Below, piece by piece: positions 24,633 through 34,895 of a stretch of DNA of 64,000 nt. Origin of the DNA: Nemertoderma westbladi (taxonomy: Eukaryota > Animalia > Xenacoelomorpha). The stretch spans positions 32,458 through 96,457 of the forward strand of contig JAUCBJ010001486.1 in NCBI GenBank assembly GCA_032718475.1. Reading direction: 5' to 3'. Made by a program: the position numbers and the translations under genes. Within the stretch, counting starts at the first letter, position 1. The number at the start of each line of letters is the position of its first letter. Under the pieces are notes generated by a model that was given only the letters and a program-made list of their open reading frames with translations, was not told where the DNA came from and ran no database searches.

Positions 24633-25750
24633 ATTTTTTCACCAATTTCAAATTTGTGTAAAAAGACTTTATTCGTAATTTTTCGACTCATGTAAAGTAA
24701 TACCAGACTTTTTGCTGTTATATTTCACTTTGTAGTATAAAGTACTATACATGCACATGTGAAGAATACCAGGTTTTGACACTCAGCCGATTGTCAGACC
24801 AACAGCTGTGCAGAGGCTTTATTCAAATATTTTGCGAGTAAACGCTTTATTGCTGAGCTTAACTACAGATCCCCGTAGCTACCGGACGGTTTCTGAAAGC
24901 CACAGCCCCACAAGAGAGATTTTCTTCTAAAGAAGCTCGGTAATCGAATAGACATAAAATTATAAGACTATTATTCTGTTTTAAAATGTACGCGGAATGC
25001 ACCGACCGATCTTTATTACTAGTTTTCCGTTTAGCGAAATAGAACTCTGTCCGAAAGGTTGAGTTTTACACGAGTTTGTAAGTTTTACTGCCAACATGTG
25101 GAAAATTCAACACACGAATAGGGGAGAATATCTTAATTTCAGATAGCGGTGCAATTTGATCGCAAGTGAATAAGTGATCTTCATCGCAAATTGACCGCAA
25201 ATAAAATAAAACTTTCGTTTATTGTTTTGGTTAGAAAACGCAACCTCTGCTCCTTTCCCTTAATGTTTTAAATTAAATGGTTTACTAGGTTACATCCACT
25301 AAAACACATAGTTGGTGTTTGCGGTTATTTTGCACCGTTGACCAGTTGACTCCTAAATTTTGCTAAATACAATGAATGGAAAGGCGTTGGAGCTCATGTT
25401 TTATTTTAAAATATATCACCAAGTGTTATCACTGGATACGTAAACGTACACACCAACTAACACTTTATTGTATTGTTCAATTAAGTACCGTACAGTTTAA
25501 ATTTTAAAAAATTCGTCTTTTTTCAATTATCCAGGTATTCGTATAGGTACTCATTGTTCATTGTTTTGGTTGGATTCAGCTCTTCTGAAACCTGGGTTTT
25601 TAGTTAAAACCTGGTATTCTTCACATGTGCATGTATAGTACTTTATACTACAAAGTGAAATATAACAGCAAAAAGTCTGGTATTACTTTACATGAGTCGA
25701 AAAATTACGAATAAAGTCTTTTTACACAAATTTGAAATTGGTGAAAAAAT
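24633..25750. repeat. ~145-bp inverted repeat pair (24633-24777 / 25606-25750)
   Basis: Reverse-complement match with no difference I could find. The left copy is flanked by the direct repeat GACACTCA. Confidence 0.93.
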
Positions 25751-26370
25751 GTTATTGAAATTGTTCATCATGAGTTTTACTCATTTGATAGAATATTAGT
25801 AAAACTCTAATTTATCGAATAAAACTAATTGTAATTTTAATGAATAAATTAAACATTAAACAAAAAAAATCACCTTAACGTACGTAAAGTATTGGCACCT
25901 GTTTTTAGACTCACCAAAAACAGTTGAGGAACTTATTCCTGTTATTATTTTTATTTCTATCATGAACTACATTATAGACCACTGTATAGTTATACAATTT
26001 TTGAGATAGGGCCTACCATTGCATTACTTTGTTTTTTTTTGTTGTTGTTGGGGGGGGGGGGGGGGGGGGGGGGGGGCATCTACCTATTATAGTATTTGGG
26101 CGAAAACTATCCCGAAATCGGGATCCCGAGAGTAATAATTCCGATCCCGGAAATCCCGAAAAGTTTGATCCCTTTAAACACTATATTAATATTAATAATA
26201 TTCTAGCGTTTTGAGAACAGCATCGAATACATACCATACACACACATTAAGCACTATTTCAAAACTTTAAAATTCACATACAATTGAATAAACAGATAAA
26301 ACACTATGTTTATAAAAATAATGTTATATATATGGATAGGCTGATAGGGCTATTACTTAACACTTACAGT

Positions 26371-26698
26371 TACTCTGGAGTCCCGAATAAACGTGGTGGG
26401 TGAAAAATTTTGAAAATGTATACCTACTTACTTAACATACAGTATAGGCGTACAGGTACAGTAGTAGTATTAACGGCTACCGTATACTCGCACTTGGTAC
26501 ACGGTTTTGTTTTGTTTTCTTTTACTTTCAACTCTCAATTATTATGAGAACAAACGTTTATTTACTCATAATAAAAAATGTACTTAATTTTATAGAAACA
26601 AATAATAGTCGGGGTGTCTGGAATAAGATAATTGTGGGTGGATTTTTTTTTCAAAAATTATTAGCCGTGTCGCCCCGTCTATTCGGGACTCCAGAGTA
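26371..26698. mobile_element. Tc1/mariner(pogo)-like MITE
   Basis: TA-CTCTGGAGTCCCGAATA ... TATTCGGGACTCCAGAG-TA terminal inverted repeats with TA flanks. Confidence 0.75.
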
Positions 26699-26741
26699 CA
26701 CACGAGTAACATTGAATAATAATAGTTTTACAGATCAACTA

Positions 26742-27887
26742 TCACATTTTATTTTGTCGTTGTTTCAGATCCCGCCTTCGTTTATTCTTTTTATACTTTT
26801 TAGATTTAGTCCGGTAAAAACCTGTTCCCATTCCACTCTCGTATAGTTTCAATTGAGAACGACTTGTTATCCCCAAATGAAAACGATTCACGTGCTCCTT
26901 GAGATGCCTATTCTTTCGGAAAGCTAAACTGCACTCCTGACACTTAAACAGCGAAACGCCGTGCTCGGATTTAGTGTGTATGATGAGGGAAGCTACGTTA
27001 GCGAGGGTAGCTTTACAAATGGAGCATTTCTTCTGCGGATGTTTCATATTATTATGATCATCCAAGGATCGACTCGACTTAAACACCATTCGACAGAGTT
27101 CGCAACGGAAGATATGTGTCCTCTGAAGATGCTTGTAATATCGCAATCTCTTAAAGAAAGATTTACCGCAATAAGGACAATTATTGTCGACACGCCTGTG
27201 TTGCTTGTTGACATGGGTTTTCCGTGTGTTTCGAGTCTTGAACACCAAGCAACACCCATCGTAGGGGCACTGGAATCCACCAAACTTCGTATGAATTTGT
27301 TTAATATGATTACTTAAGTATTGACGGTTGGGTCCCTTAACATCGCAGTATGGACATTGAAATTGCTTGTGTTTCTTAGTATTATGCTGTGCAGAGCCAA
27401 CAACAGATGCACTAGGGACAGCAGATGCCGTTGCATCAGTTGTAATCGGTAACGGTACTTCGTGGTCCTTCTTTACAAAACTATCAACACCGTGATATTC
27501 AATCTCTTCATCTTCACTACATGAACTATCGAAATCAATTTCTTCATAAAATTCATCGTCTATATCAGATTCACCTTCGTCGGTCTCATTAAATTCAGCC
27601 AATGTTGTTACACTTAGAACCTTTAAACTTTCACTTTTGTTGGGTAGGCCAACTTTTGTTTCTCCAACAACTTTCAAATTGCTGCTTCCAGCTACCGGTA
27701 CTGGTACAAGAGATTCTATATTAGTAGTAGGTCTATTAGGTTCGAGGATGTCACTTATTGGTTCTTCCTGAAGGTTTTTCGTTTTGTTTGCGTAAACGTT
27801 TTGTACCCCATCAAGCTCTAGTGGTATTTTGCCTTCCCCTTTACTGTCTATAATCGTTGATGTTCCGCGATTTCCTGCTCCTTCCAT
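26742..27887 (-). CDS. C2H2 zinc-finger protein (6 fingers, acidic region, basic C-terminus)
   Basis: Six C-x2/4-C-x12-H-x4-H units (CPYC, CPYDGC, CPYC, CELC, CSIC, CQEC). First in-frame ATG is at 27887; an upstream exon is possible. Confidence 0.85.
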   Translation of the reverse strand: MEGAGNRGTSTIIDSKGEGKIPLELDGVQNVYANKTKNLQEEPISDILEPNRPTTNIESLVPVPVAGSSNLKVVGETKVGLPNKSESLKVLSVTTLAEFNETDEGESDIDDEFYEEIDFDSSCSEDEEIEYHGVDSFVKKDHEVPLPITTDATASAVPSASVVGSAQHNTKKHKQFQCPYCDVKGPNRQYLSNHIKQIHTKFGGFQCPYDGCCLVFKTRNTRKTHVNKQHRRVDNNCPYCGKSFFKRLRYYKHLQRTHIFRCELCRMVFKSSRSLDDHNNMKHPQKKCSICKATLANVASLIIHTKSEHGVSLFKCQECSLAFRKNRHLKEHVNRFHLGITSRSQLKLYESGMGTGFYRTKSKKYKKNKRRRDLKQRQNKM

Positions 27888-27935
27888 TGTTTGTAAATCG
27901 ACGTACTTTAGGTACCGACACTTTAGGCTATAATC

Positions 27936-29806
27936 CAAGGACTACTGAAGCAAGGACTGGCACACAGTAAATCCAGACTTCACTAGCAAAGGCGATGTTG
28001 TTTTTGTTACTGGTAACAAGTTTGAATGATAAACATACACATTCTGGGGTAAAAAATTATGGAGAATCTATTTATGGTATTAGTTTTTCAATTATCTGTT
28101 GCTTTCATGAATTATTTTCTATATTTTTGTGTTTATAAATTATGTAGTCCCTTTCGTTATACTGTTGTCCTTTTGATTTCCTTCGTTATCAGGTGCCGTT
28201 ATTTAGTTTCTATGTATTATTTTATTTTGTTTATCCCTTTACTGCATGAATTATAGATGCTCCGAAGAAAAAAAATATTTTTAAATTACAATAAAAATAA
28301 TACAAAATACAATACTAAAAATTTGGAAATTTTTTTTAAAAATATATACTAGCACTTTTTGCACCACTGTTGCACTAGTGCAACATCATGCATAAAGGGG
28401 ATATAAATATACATAATATTTGGCGAATTGTAAAGATGATTGTTTTCTTGATTCTTGTGTTGTATGGTTTTATGAGGGTTATGAATTCCATGGAATATAT
28501 AAAAATGGCATGAGACATCTCAAACTTCTATATTTCAGCGGTAGGTCGAAAATTTGGTGGCAGACCAATTTTTGAAAATCCTTGCAATAGATGAATTGAT
28601 TATAAGATATTGTTTCATATTGTTTAACATATTGCGTTATACTGGTTTATGGCGATTCTGAAAGTAATGAAATTAATAAAAATGACACTAGACATCTCAA
28701 ACTTGTATTTTTCGGTGGTGGGTGGAAAATTTGGTGCCAGCACCAATTCTTGAAAATACTTGCAATAGATAAATTGATTGTGACATCTTGGGGTCACTAG
28801 ACATCTCAAAATCGCATTTTTTGGCGGTGGGTGTAAAATTTGGTGCCCGGCACCAAATTTTGAAAATATATACAATAGTAATTGTTGTGCGACATATTGT
28901 TTCCCTGCATTATACGATTCATAAGGGTTCTAAATTAGAAAAATAAATGTTAATTTTTATGAATTTAGAATGCATTATTTTATTCTAGAAATTATATTGC
29001 ATATAACAATATTTGCATAGGCCTGCCTATTATTGCATAAATATTGCATTGCACGAGTTTTCTATTTTTTGTGGAAATCTAAGAAATAGTTTTTACTTTT
29101 CAAGTACCACTTCTTATCTTTCACTATTTTCAGTGTCACGTCTTTACTTTTCAGTAAGTAAGTAAGTTTTAATTATCACTAATAATAGTGAATGAATGTC
29201 TGTCAATATATCTAGTAACAAGAAAGCACAAAACCATGATAAGATTTTTGCTGTGGGGGTTTTCCTGGTCGCTGATTTCATTACTGAGGTCAGTTTTCAC
29301 TTTTAATGAAATCTAGTGTGTATGTATGTCTGTCTGTCGGTCTTTCAGACTATCCGACTATCTGCCTGTCAAATATAAGAAAAAGGCACACCATTTAGCT
29401 AAAAGTTTAGCTATAGGGGTTTCCCTGGTCGCAGAATTCATTTCGAGTGTCAATTTTAACATTTGATGACTTCCAAATTGTCTGTTTGGCTGTCAGACTG
29501 TCGGTTATATTTTGACAGACAGACTGACAGGCATACAGACAGAACCGACAGGCCAAATTTGATTATGACATCAGAAATGAAGTCACCGACCACGAAAACC
29601 CTTACAGGGAATTTTTTAGACAGATAGTATGCTTTTTATTGACGGACAGACATACTGACGGACAAACCGACAGTAAAACGGACAGGCAGCCATATCTCGA
29701 GAAGTAAGACAGATCTTGCTAAACGGTTTTCAAATTTGGAATCTTGATAAAAATCTGCTCTAGATGAAATAAAAAAAATTTTGCAAAAAATTATTGAAGT
29801 AGCGCT

Positions 29807-29838
<32 letters not shown>

Positions 29839-32073
29839 TTATTGAAATTAAAGTCAATTCCGATGAGGCCATATCTTAGATGTAATAGACATACAGTAGA
29901 CACCCAAATTTAACTCTATATAAATGACCTAAATGTATAAAATCAACCGAAATTTCTGAAAAATCAGCAGAACGAATTTTGTGCCTTCCTGCATGATGTT
30001 GCATTTGTGCAACGGTCAGTTTTTCAGGTCTGCACGCCTCTAACAGATATTATATGGAAAGTTAAGGTTATTTTATGAAAAAATACATATTTTATTATTA
30101 TTATAGTAACTATATTATTGTAGTAACTTTCTACAGGAAGATAACTTTGTTGAAATTCAGGAAATTTACAATTAAGGATATACAATATTTGAATTACATC
30201 ACTGAATTACCAGCTGGACTAAATATGTCAAGTGACCAATCAAATGAAAGCTTAATATACCCTCTTTCTCACTGCTTGATCCTCATTGGCTGTTTTCCTA
30301 CTTAGGAGAAATAAGAACAGGAAATGTTAGTATACCAGTGCAACACTATGCAGCAAAGGGTTAAAGATGCACAACAAATTTCATTGATTTATAATTACTT
30401 AATAGGCCTATTATTATTTAGGTATTTTATATTATCACTTTATATAATAAATACTGTACTTTTTATTACTATCAGGTACTTATTACAGTATTATGTTATT
30501 ACATTATTATTTATTATTACGATTGCCGACCAAATATTCCCCACTCTCAGAAAACACATCAATGGTACTGATGGGCTCTTCATTAATTAAATAGATTAAG
30601 TAATAACTTTGATTTTGAAATGGAAATTTTGAATGTGCCCTCTTAAAGTGAGGCACGAAAAAACAAGTAGTGGAAATATGTAATGAAAAATCACGACAAA
30701 ATCAAATTGATTTTATGACCATGTGGGTTTTTTGGGATGCTGATCACGAATATGAAACTGAAATTTATTATACCTTTTCAATTAGAGCATTTTTGGATAT
30801 GTGTCAATGTGCGGCACGACAAATACATGTTAGCACAAATTTGATAATCAAAAATCATTTCCAAATCAATTTGATTTTAAGACATTATGGGTTGTCTGTG
30901 ACGCTGACTACGAATATGACACTCAGAAATATCGTATTATCCAACCAAGTTCACTTTTCTTCCCCTGGGGGACAAAAATAGCACCAAAAATGATGGTTAT
31001 ATTGCCAGAAAGTATTTTTTATATGTTCTGACGTGATCAGCGACCTCGAAAACCCTTATACCATCGAAATTATAATTTTTGAGCCAAGATCCAAAAAATT
31101 TCAAAATGACCCCTCCCCCGGGCCAATTACGTTGTAAAATCGCCCAGGACAGATAAAGAGATAGTGTTAATGGATAGCCTTGGATTGCGACCATCTGACC
31201 ATGCATATATAATCAACCTTTGTTGAGTATGTCTTTGAACAATGTACTTCAAGTTGGCGAGTCATAAACACCAAATGACTCTGGTGTTTCGAATTCCCAG
31301 AGTCAACGACCTTCCAAATAAGTGAATCCGGTCCTGGAGACTGGAGGTACCCTATAGCGGCGACCATAGCTATTGCGACCAACGGAACAGTTGGTTAAAA
31401 TATATTTGGTCCCAGGCAATGACGCAACGACAAACGATCACCATCGGAATTGTCTACGGAAACATAAATATCGGAACATAGTCTGATAGTACAGTAGTAG
31501 TGCCATCAAGTGAATGTTTACATGATCGATGTATTTTTCCTCAAAGAAAAGTGTGAGAAAGAAAAGATGAGTTCCAACTCAAGGGTTTGCCTTTTAATAA
31601 AAACGTCCATCGATACTGCAGTGCATGGAAGATCGTGCACCCAGGAGTAGATCCCAGCATCACGTTCCACGAACCCAGCTACCAAGTCCAGAAGTCCTTC
31701 GAGTTCAAGGAGCCAATCTATCGTTCTTCGACAGGGGGAGTTTGACGTGGCATCGGAGGTGCTCGCAGTATACAGGTTCCAGGTCGATGGTACCGTACTT
31801 CGGGAAAATCATTTGGTGTAACAGTTGGTTGCATCGACAGATCGACCCAACCGGCTACCTTGATGCAGTGATACCGGTACATGAAAGAATAGGTAATTGA
31901 AAAACTAAAACCAGAAATAGATTCTACATATTTTTTTTACCCCAGAATGTGTATGTTTATCATTCACACTGGTTAGGTTACCGGTAACATAAACAACATG
32001 GCCTTCGCTAGCGAAGTCTGGATTTACTGTGTGCCAGTCCAGCAGTCCTTGCTTCAGCAATCAGTAGTCCTTG
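27936..32073. mobile_element. 4.1-kb non-autonomous cut-and-paste DNA transposon (P- or hAT-like), carrying nested repeats
   Basis: ~120-140-bp imperfect TIRs beginning CAAGGACTACTG / ending CAGTAGTCCTTG; 8-bp TSD CTATAATC (27928-27935, 32074-32081). Confidence 0.88.
28365..30040. repeat. Nested repeat with subterminal inverted repeat, internal tandem units and GACA microsatellite
   Basis: CTGTTGCACTAGTGCAACATCATGCA (~28367) vs TGCATGATGTTGCATTTGTGCAACGG (~29990). Three GACATCTCAAA..AAAATTTGGTG units at 28514-28900. GGGGTTTTCCTGGTCGCTGA motifs. Confidence 0.55.
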
Positions 32074-32192
32074 CTATAATCTGATATACAACAGTACTGC
32101 AATAATAATCAATAGCAAATGCTGAAATGGCTGAGTGGTGCTTAGATCGTGGCTTTTCCAGTTAACATTATTCCATGTTGTAGGCCTATAAA

Positions 32193-32713
32193 ACACGAAG
32201 TGGGGACTTCGCGCAGCACGAAGTTGGCGAAGCCTTAGCGAATTGACACTGTTAGGGGGTGGGTCAATTTATGCAAATAGTTGTCGTTGTCACGTTGGCC
32301 CTCTAGCGGCAGACTGGAGAACTGCAGATGGATTCGCCTCCTTTGAAAGTCACAGCTAATGGTCTAATACATATCTGCCAAGTTTCAGCTTAAACGGATT
32401 AAAAGCAAAGAAATGGGAGGGCATTTAATGTTTAGACATGTGGCCCTCTAGCGGGAGACCATTGCACTGATGGTGTGATGGCGATGATGGTGATGGTGAC
32501 TTTTGCTCATATTGATACCTACAAATTTTCAACTTGGCAGCTTTAAATCCGACAAAGTTATTAGCATGTCAAAATCGTAACGACGACGACGACGACAACG
32601 ACGACGACGACGACAACGACGACGACGACGACGACGACAACTATTTGCATAAATTGACCCACCCCCTAACAGTGTCAATTCGCTAAGGCTCCGCCAACTT
32701 CGTGGCTCGCCCC
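32193..32713. mobile_element. HINE/Helentron-like MITE with ~75-bp subterminal inverted repeats and (ACG)n
   Basis: Inverted repeat at 32217-32291 / 32631-32705; same termini as 1003-3072; CCAAGTTTCAG core motif. Confidence 0.7.
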
Positions 32714-33209
32714 ACAAGTAATGTGGTTGGAGAAAGCTGCTTCTAAGCAGCAACCAATCACGTTAATCCTGTTTAACACAGAGTCAATGGGAATGGAATA
32801 TTGCTAACAAGAATAAAGTTCAAGGTTACCATTATTCCATATCTCAGTATCTGTAGGCCTATTCACTATTATGCATTCACTACTCAGTATCTGTACGCCC
32901 TACCCTACCCTTGCTGATGAGCTTGTCTGTTACATTATCTGTTGTACTTATAGGAATGTTAAACTGTTAAACGGGTAGTTGAATCTGTGGAACTCAAACT
33001 CAGCCGCGCCATCCCTGATCCCCAATCTATTTCGTATTTCTGTATTTGCAGTTGATGATGAGCAGAGAGCCAGTAAACGGTCAACACAAAACGTAGACCA
33101 CCAACCACGGTTTGCCAAACCCAAACCCCACAAAAAGACCAGAAGAATAAGTGAAGACTTAGTGAATATAAGAATTAGTGAAGAAGCTGTCCAGCACTGT
33201 TCTTTTTGT

Positions 33210-33507
33210 TACACGCGTGTTTGGAATGCTACATACGTGGTACATAGTGCGGGTCCCCTTCGCGCCCTGATTATGAAACATCGGAATTCCGTCCATAATG
33301 CTAATCGTAAATAATCAAATTGGAGAACATTTTTTAGACGCACACCCTGGCCAAAGTAGTGAACCACACCCCTTTAGCATCAAACTTCGTTTTAAATGCA
33401 AAGATTGGACTGACAGGAAAATCACTGAAAGGTTTTTAATTACTCACGAACACCCCACACTCAATAGACAGTATAATATTCCACATACCGGTAATAAAGG
33501 ATGGTAA
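33210..33507 (+). pseudogene. Penelope-like element GIY-YIG endonuclease remnant
   Basis: ATYV..SAGPLRALIMKH..IGEHFLDAH..RKITERFLITHEHPTLNRQ matches the PLE endonuclease C-terminal pattern (L..R..EH, EH...H, E...I....P.LN). Confidence 0.7.
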
Positions 33508-33870
33508 TTTTTTGTTGTTTTAACTTTTTTGCGGCGTTTTGTTTTTTCATACAAGTACAGTAGGCCTATATGTCCTAAACCCATTATTTTTTGTATTTTT
33601 TACATACAGAATTGTTAGTTGGTTTCATTTAAATTTCCATATATATTTTTCTTTAACCTGCAATACTATAACAATTAATAATAATATTTTTCTACGCGTA
33701 GGTGATTGGGATATGTTGAACCACTGAATTAAACAGTACCGCGGTACATATCCCAGCAAAGTCACATCCTTCGAAATTGCTACTAATATGCTGCTAATTT
33801 GATCGAAATAAATGTTCTTCGAAATTATCAGCATTTTCGCCGTCTAAATTGTCTGATAATTCAGACTACA

Positions 33871-34232
33871 ATTCGTAGGATAAATTATCCTTCTAAACGA
33901 AGGATAAATTTGAAGACTATTTGAAGAATCTGAAGATTTATCTAGTTTTTAGCCGGCAAATAGAAGGATAAATATGCCTACTGTTATCCTTCTAAACGAA
34001 GGATAAATTTTTCGAAGGGTGGATGAATTGATAATTTTTATCCTTCGTTTAGAATGATAATTTATGGTGCTATTCGAAGGATAAATTATCCTTCTAAACG
34101 AAGGATAAACTTGTAGACTTTTTGAAGGGTGGATGAATTTAGGGTTTTTATCCTTCGTTTAGAATTATAATTTATGCTACTATTCGAAGGATAAATTACC
34201 TTTAAAACGAAGGATAAATTTGTAGACTTTTC
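33871..34232. repeat. Array of alternating direct/inverted GAAGGATAAATT...ATCCTTC units
   Basis: Repeated AGGATAAATTATCCTTCTAAACGAAGGATAAA and its reverse complement. Confidence 0.8.
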
Positions 34233-34786
34233 AAATAGCTTAGTTTTGTTTAGTTATGCCTGTATAGTTATGTAGTTACTGTATGTTATGTTTTATCCGG
34301 CAAATACTGTAGAGTAAAATGATAATTATATAGTTATGCCTACTAATAATCCGTATATTACTATCTGGGGACCATATTTAGCAGTAAATTAGTACAATGT
34401 TATCAGTTCTTTATAACTGTCGATTATATAATAATATCATATGATGCAAAGAAAATTGATCTGTATTATGTCCAGTATCATTCATATTGTTTTATGAAAT
34501 AAATCCATTAATTACTGTGTGATGCTGTGTCTGTCTTTAAAGGCGCGGTAATCCATGTATCCAGAGTGTGAGTATATGGTAGAGCTACATAGAGGTAAAG
34601 GCGATGTCCTTACTGCACTGCCTTACTGTCAGAATGTCAGACTCCTGTATAAGGGAAGGCTATCTGACTACGCCTTTCAGGGAAATAATGGGGACAAACA
34701 AAGCACATATTAATACGTGTACTATATCCGAAACTGAAAGTTTTTAAAAATAGAGGTGTAATATTATGGTTTTGTCCAGAAGTGGG

Positions 34787-34895
34787 AAAAATGAGAAAGC
34801 GCGTCACCGGGGGTTGAACCAGCGCTATACGTACATTTCGGCCTAACAGGCCTCATCAGTAGCGCTAACCAGCTCAGCCACTAGCCCCTGACACT
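34787..34895 (-). ncRNA. tRNA-like Pol III transcription unit containing a hammerhead ribozyme
   Basis: Minus strand: A box TGGCTGAGCTGG (34880-34869), hammerhead, B box GGTTCAACCCC (34820-34810), TTTTT terminator (34791-34787). Confidence 0.8.
34821..34866 (-). ncRNA. Type I hammerhead ribozyme
   Basis: AGCGCUA-CUGAUGA-GGCC-uguua-GGCC-GAAA-UGUACG-UA-UAGCGCU: perfect 7-bp stem I, GC stem II, intact core, near-palindromic stem III, GUA triplet. Confidence 0.92.

Noticed and set aside
26050-26076. Poly-G/poly-C tracts (also ~1157-1176 and ~29808-29838) giving poly-Gly ORFs
   Set aside because: Homopolymers within repeats; the ORFs have no other coding signal.
31490-31900. Possible THAP-domain remnant (FP..., SNSRVC) inside the 4.1-kb transposon
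   Set aside because: Motifs are fragmentary and lack the conserved W, HF and AVP positions; cannot be supported by eye.
32910-32935. CTGATGAG as a third hammerhead core near the Penelope remnant
   Set aside because: No stem II followed by GAAA downstream. Other CTGATGA hits (e.g. near 3736, 3790, 39756, 58069) fail the same test.
34800-34890. Functional tRNA gene or intron-containing tRNA
   Set aside because: No anticodon loop and no canonical 7-bp acceptor stem at the proper spacing; reported as a tRNA-like Pol III cassette instead.
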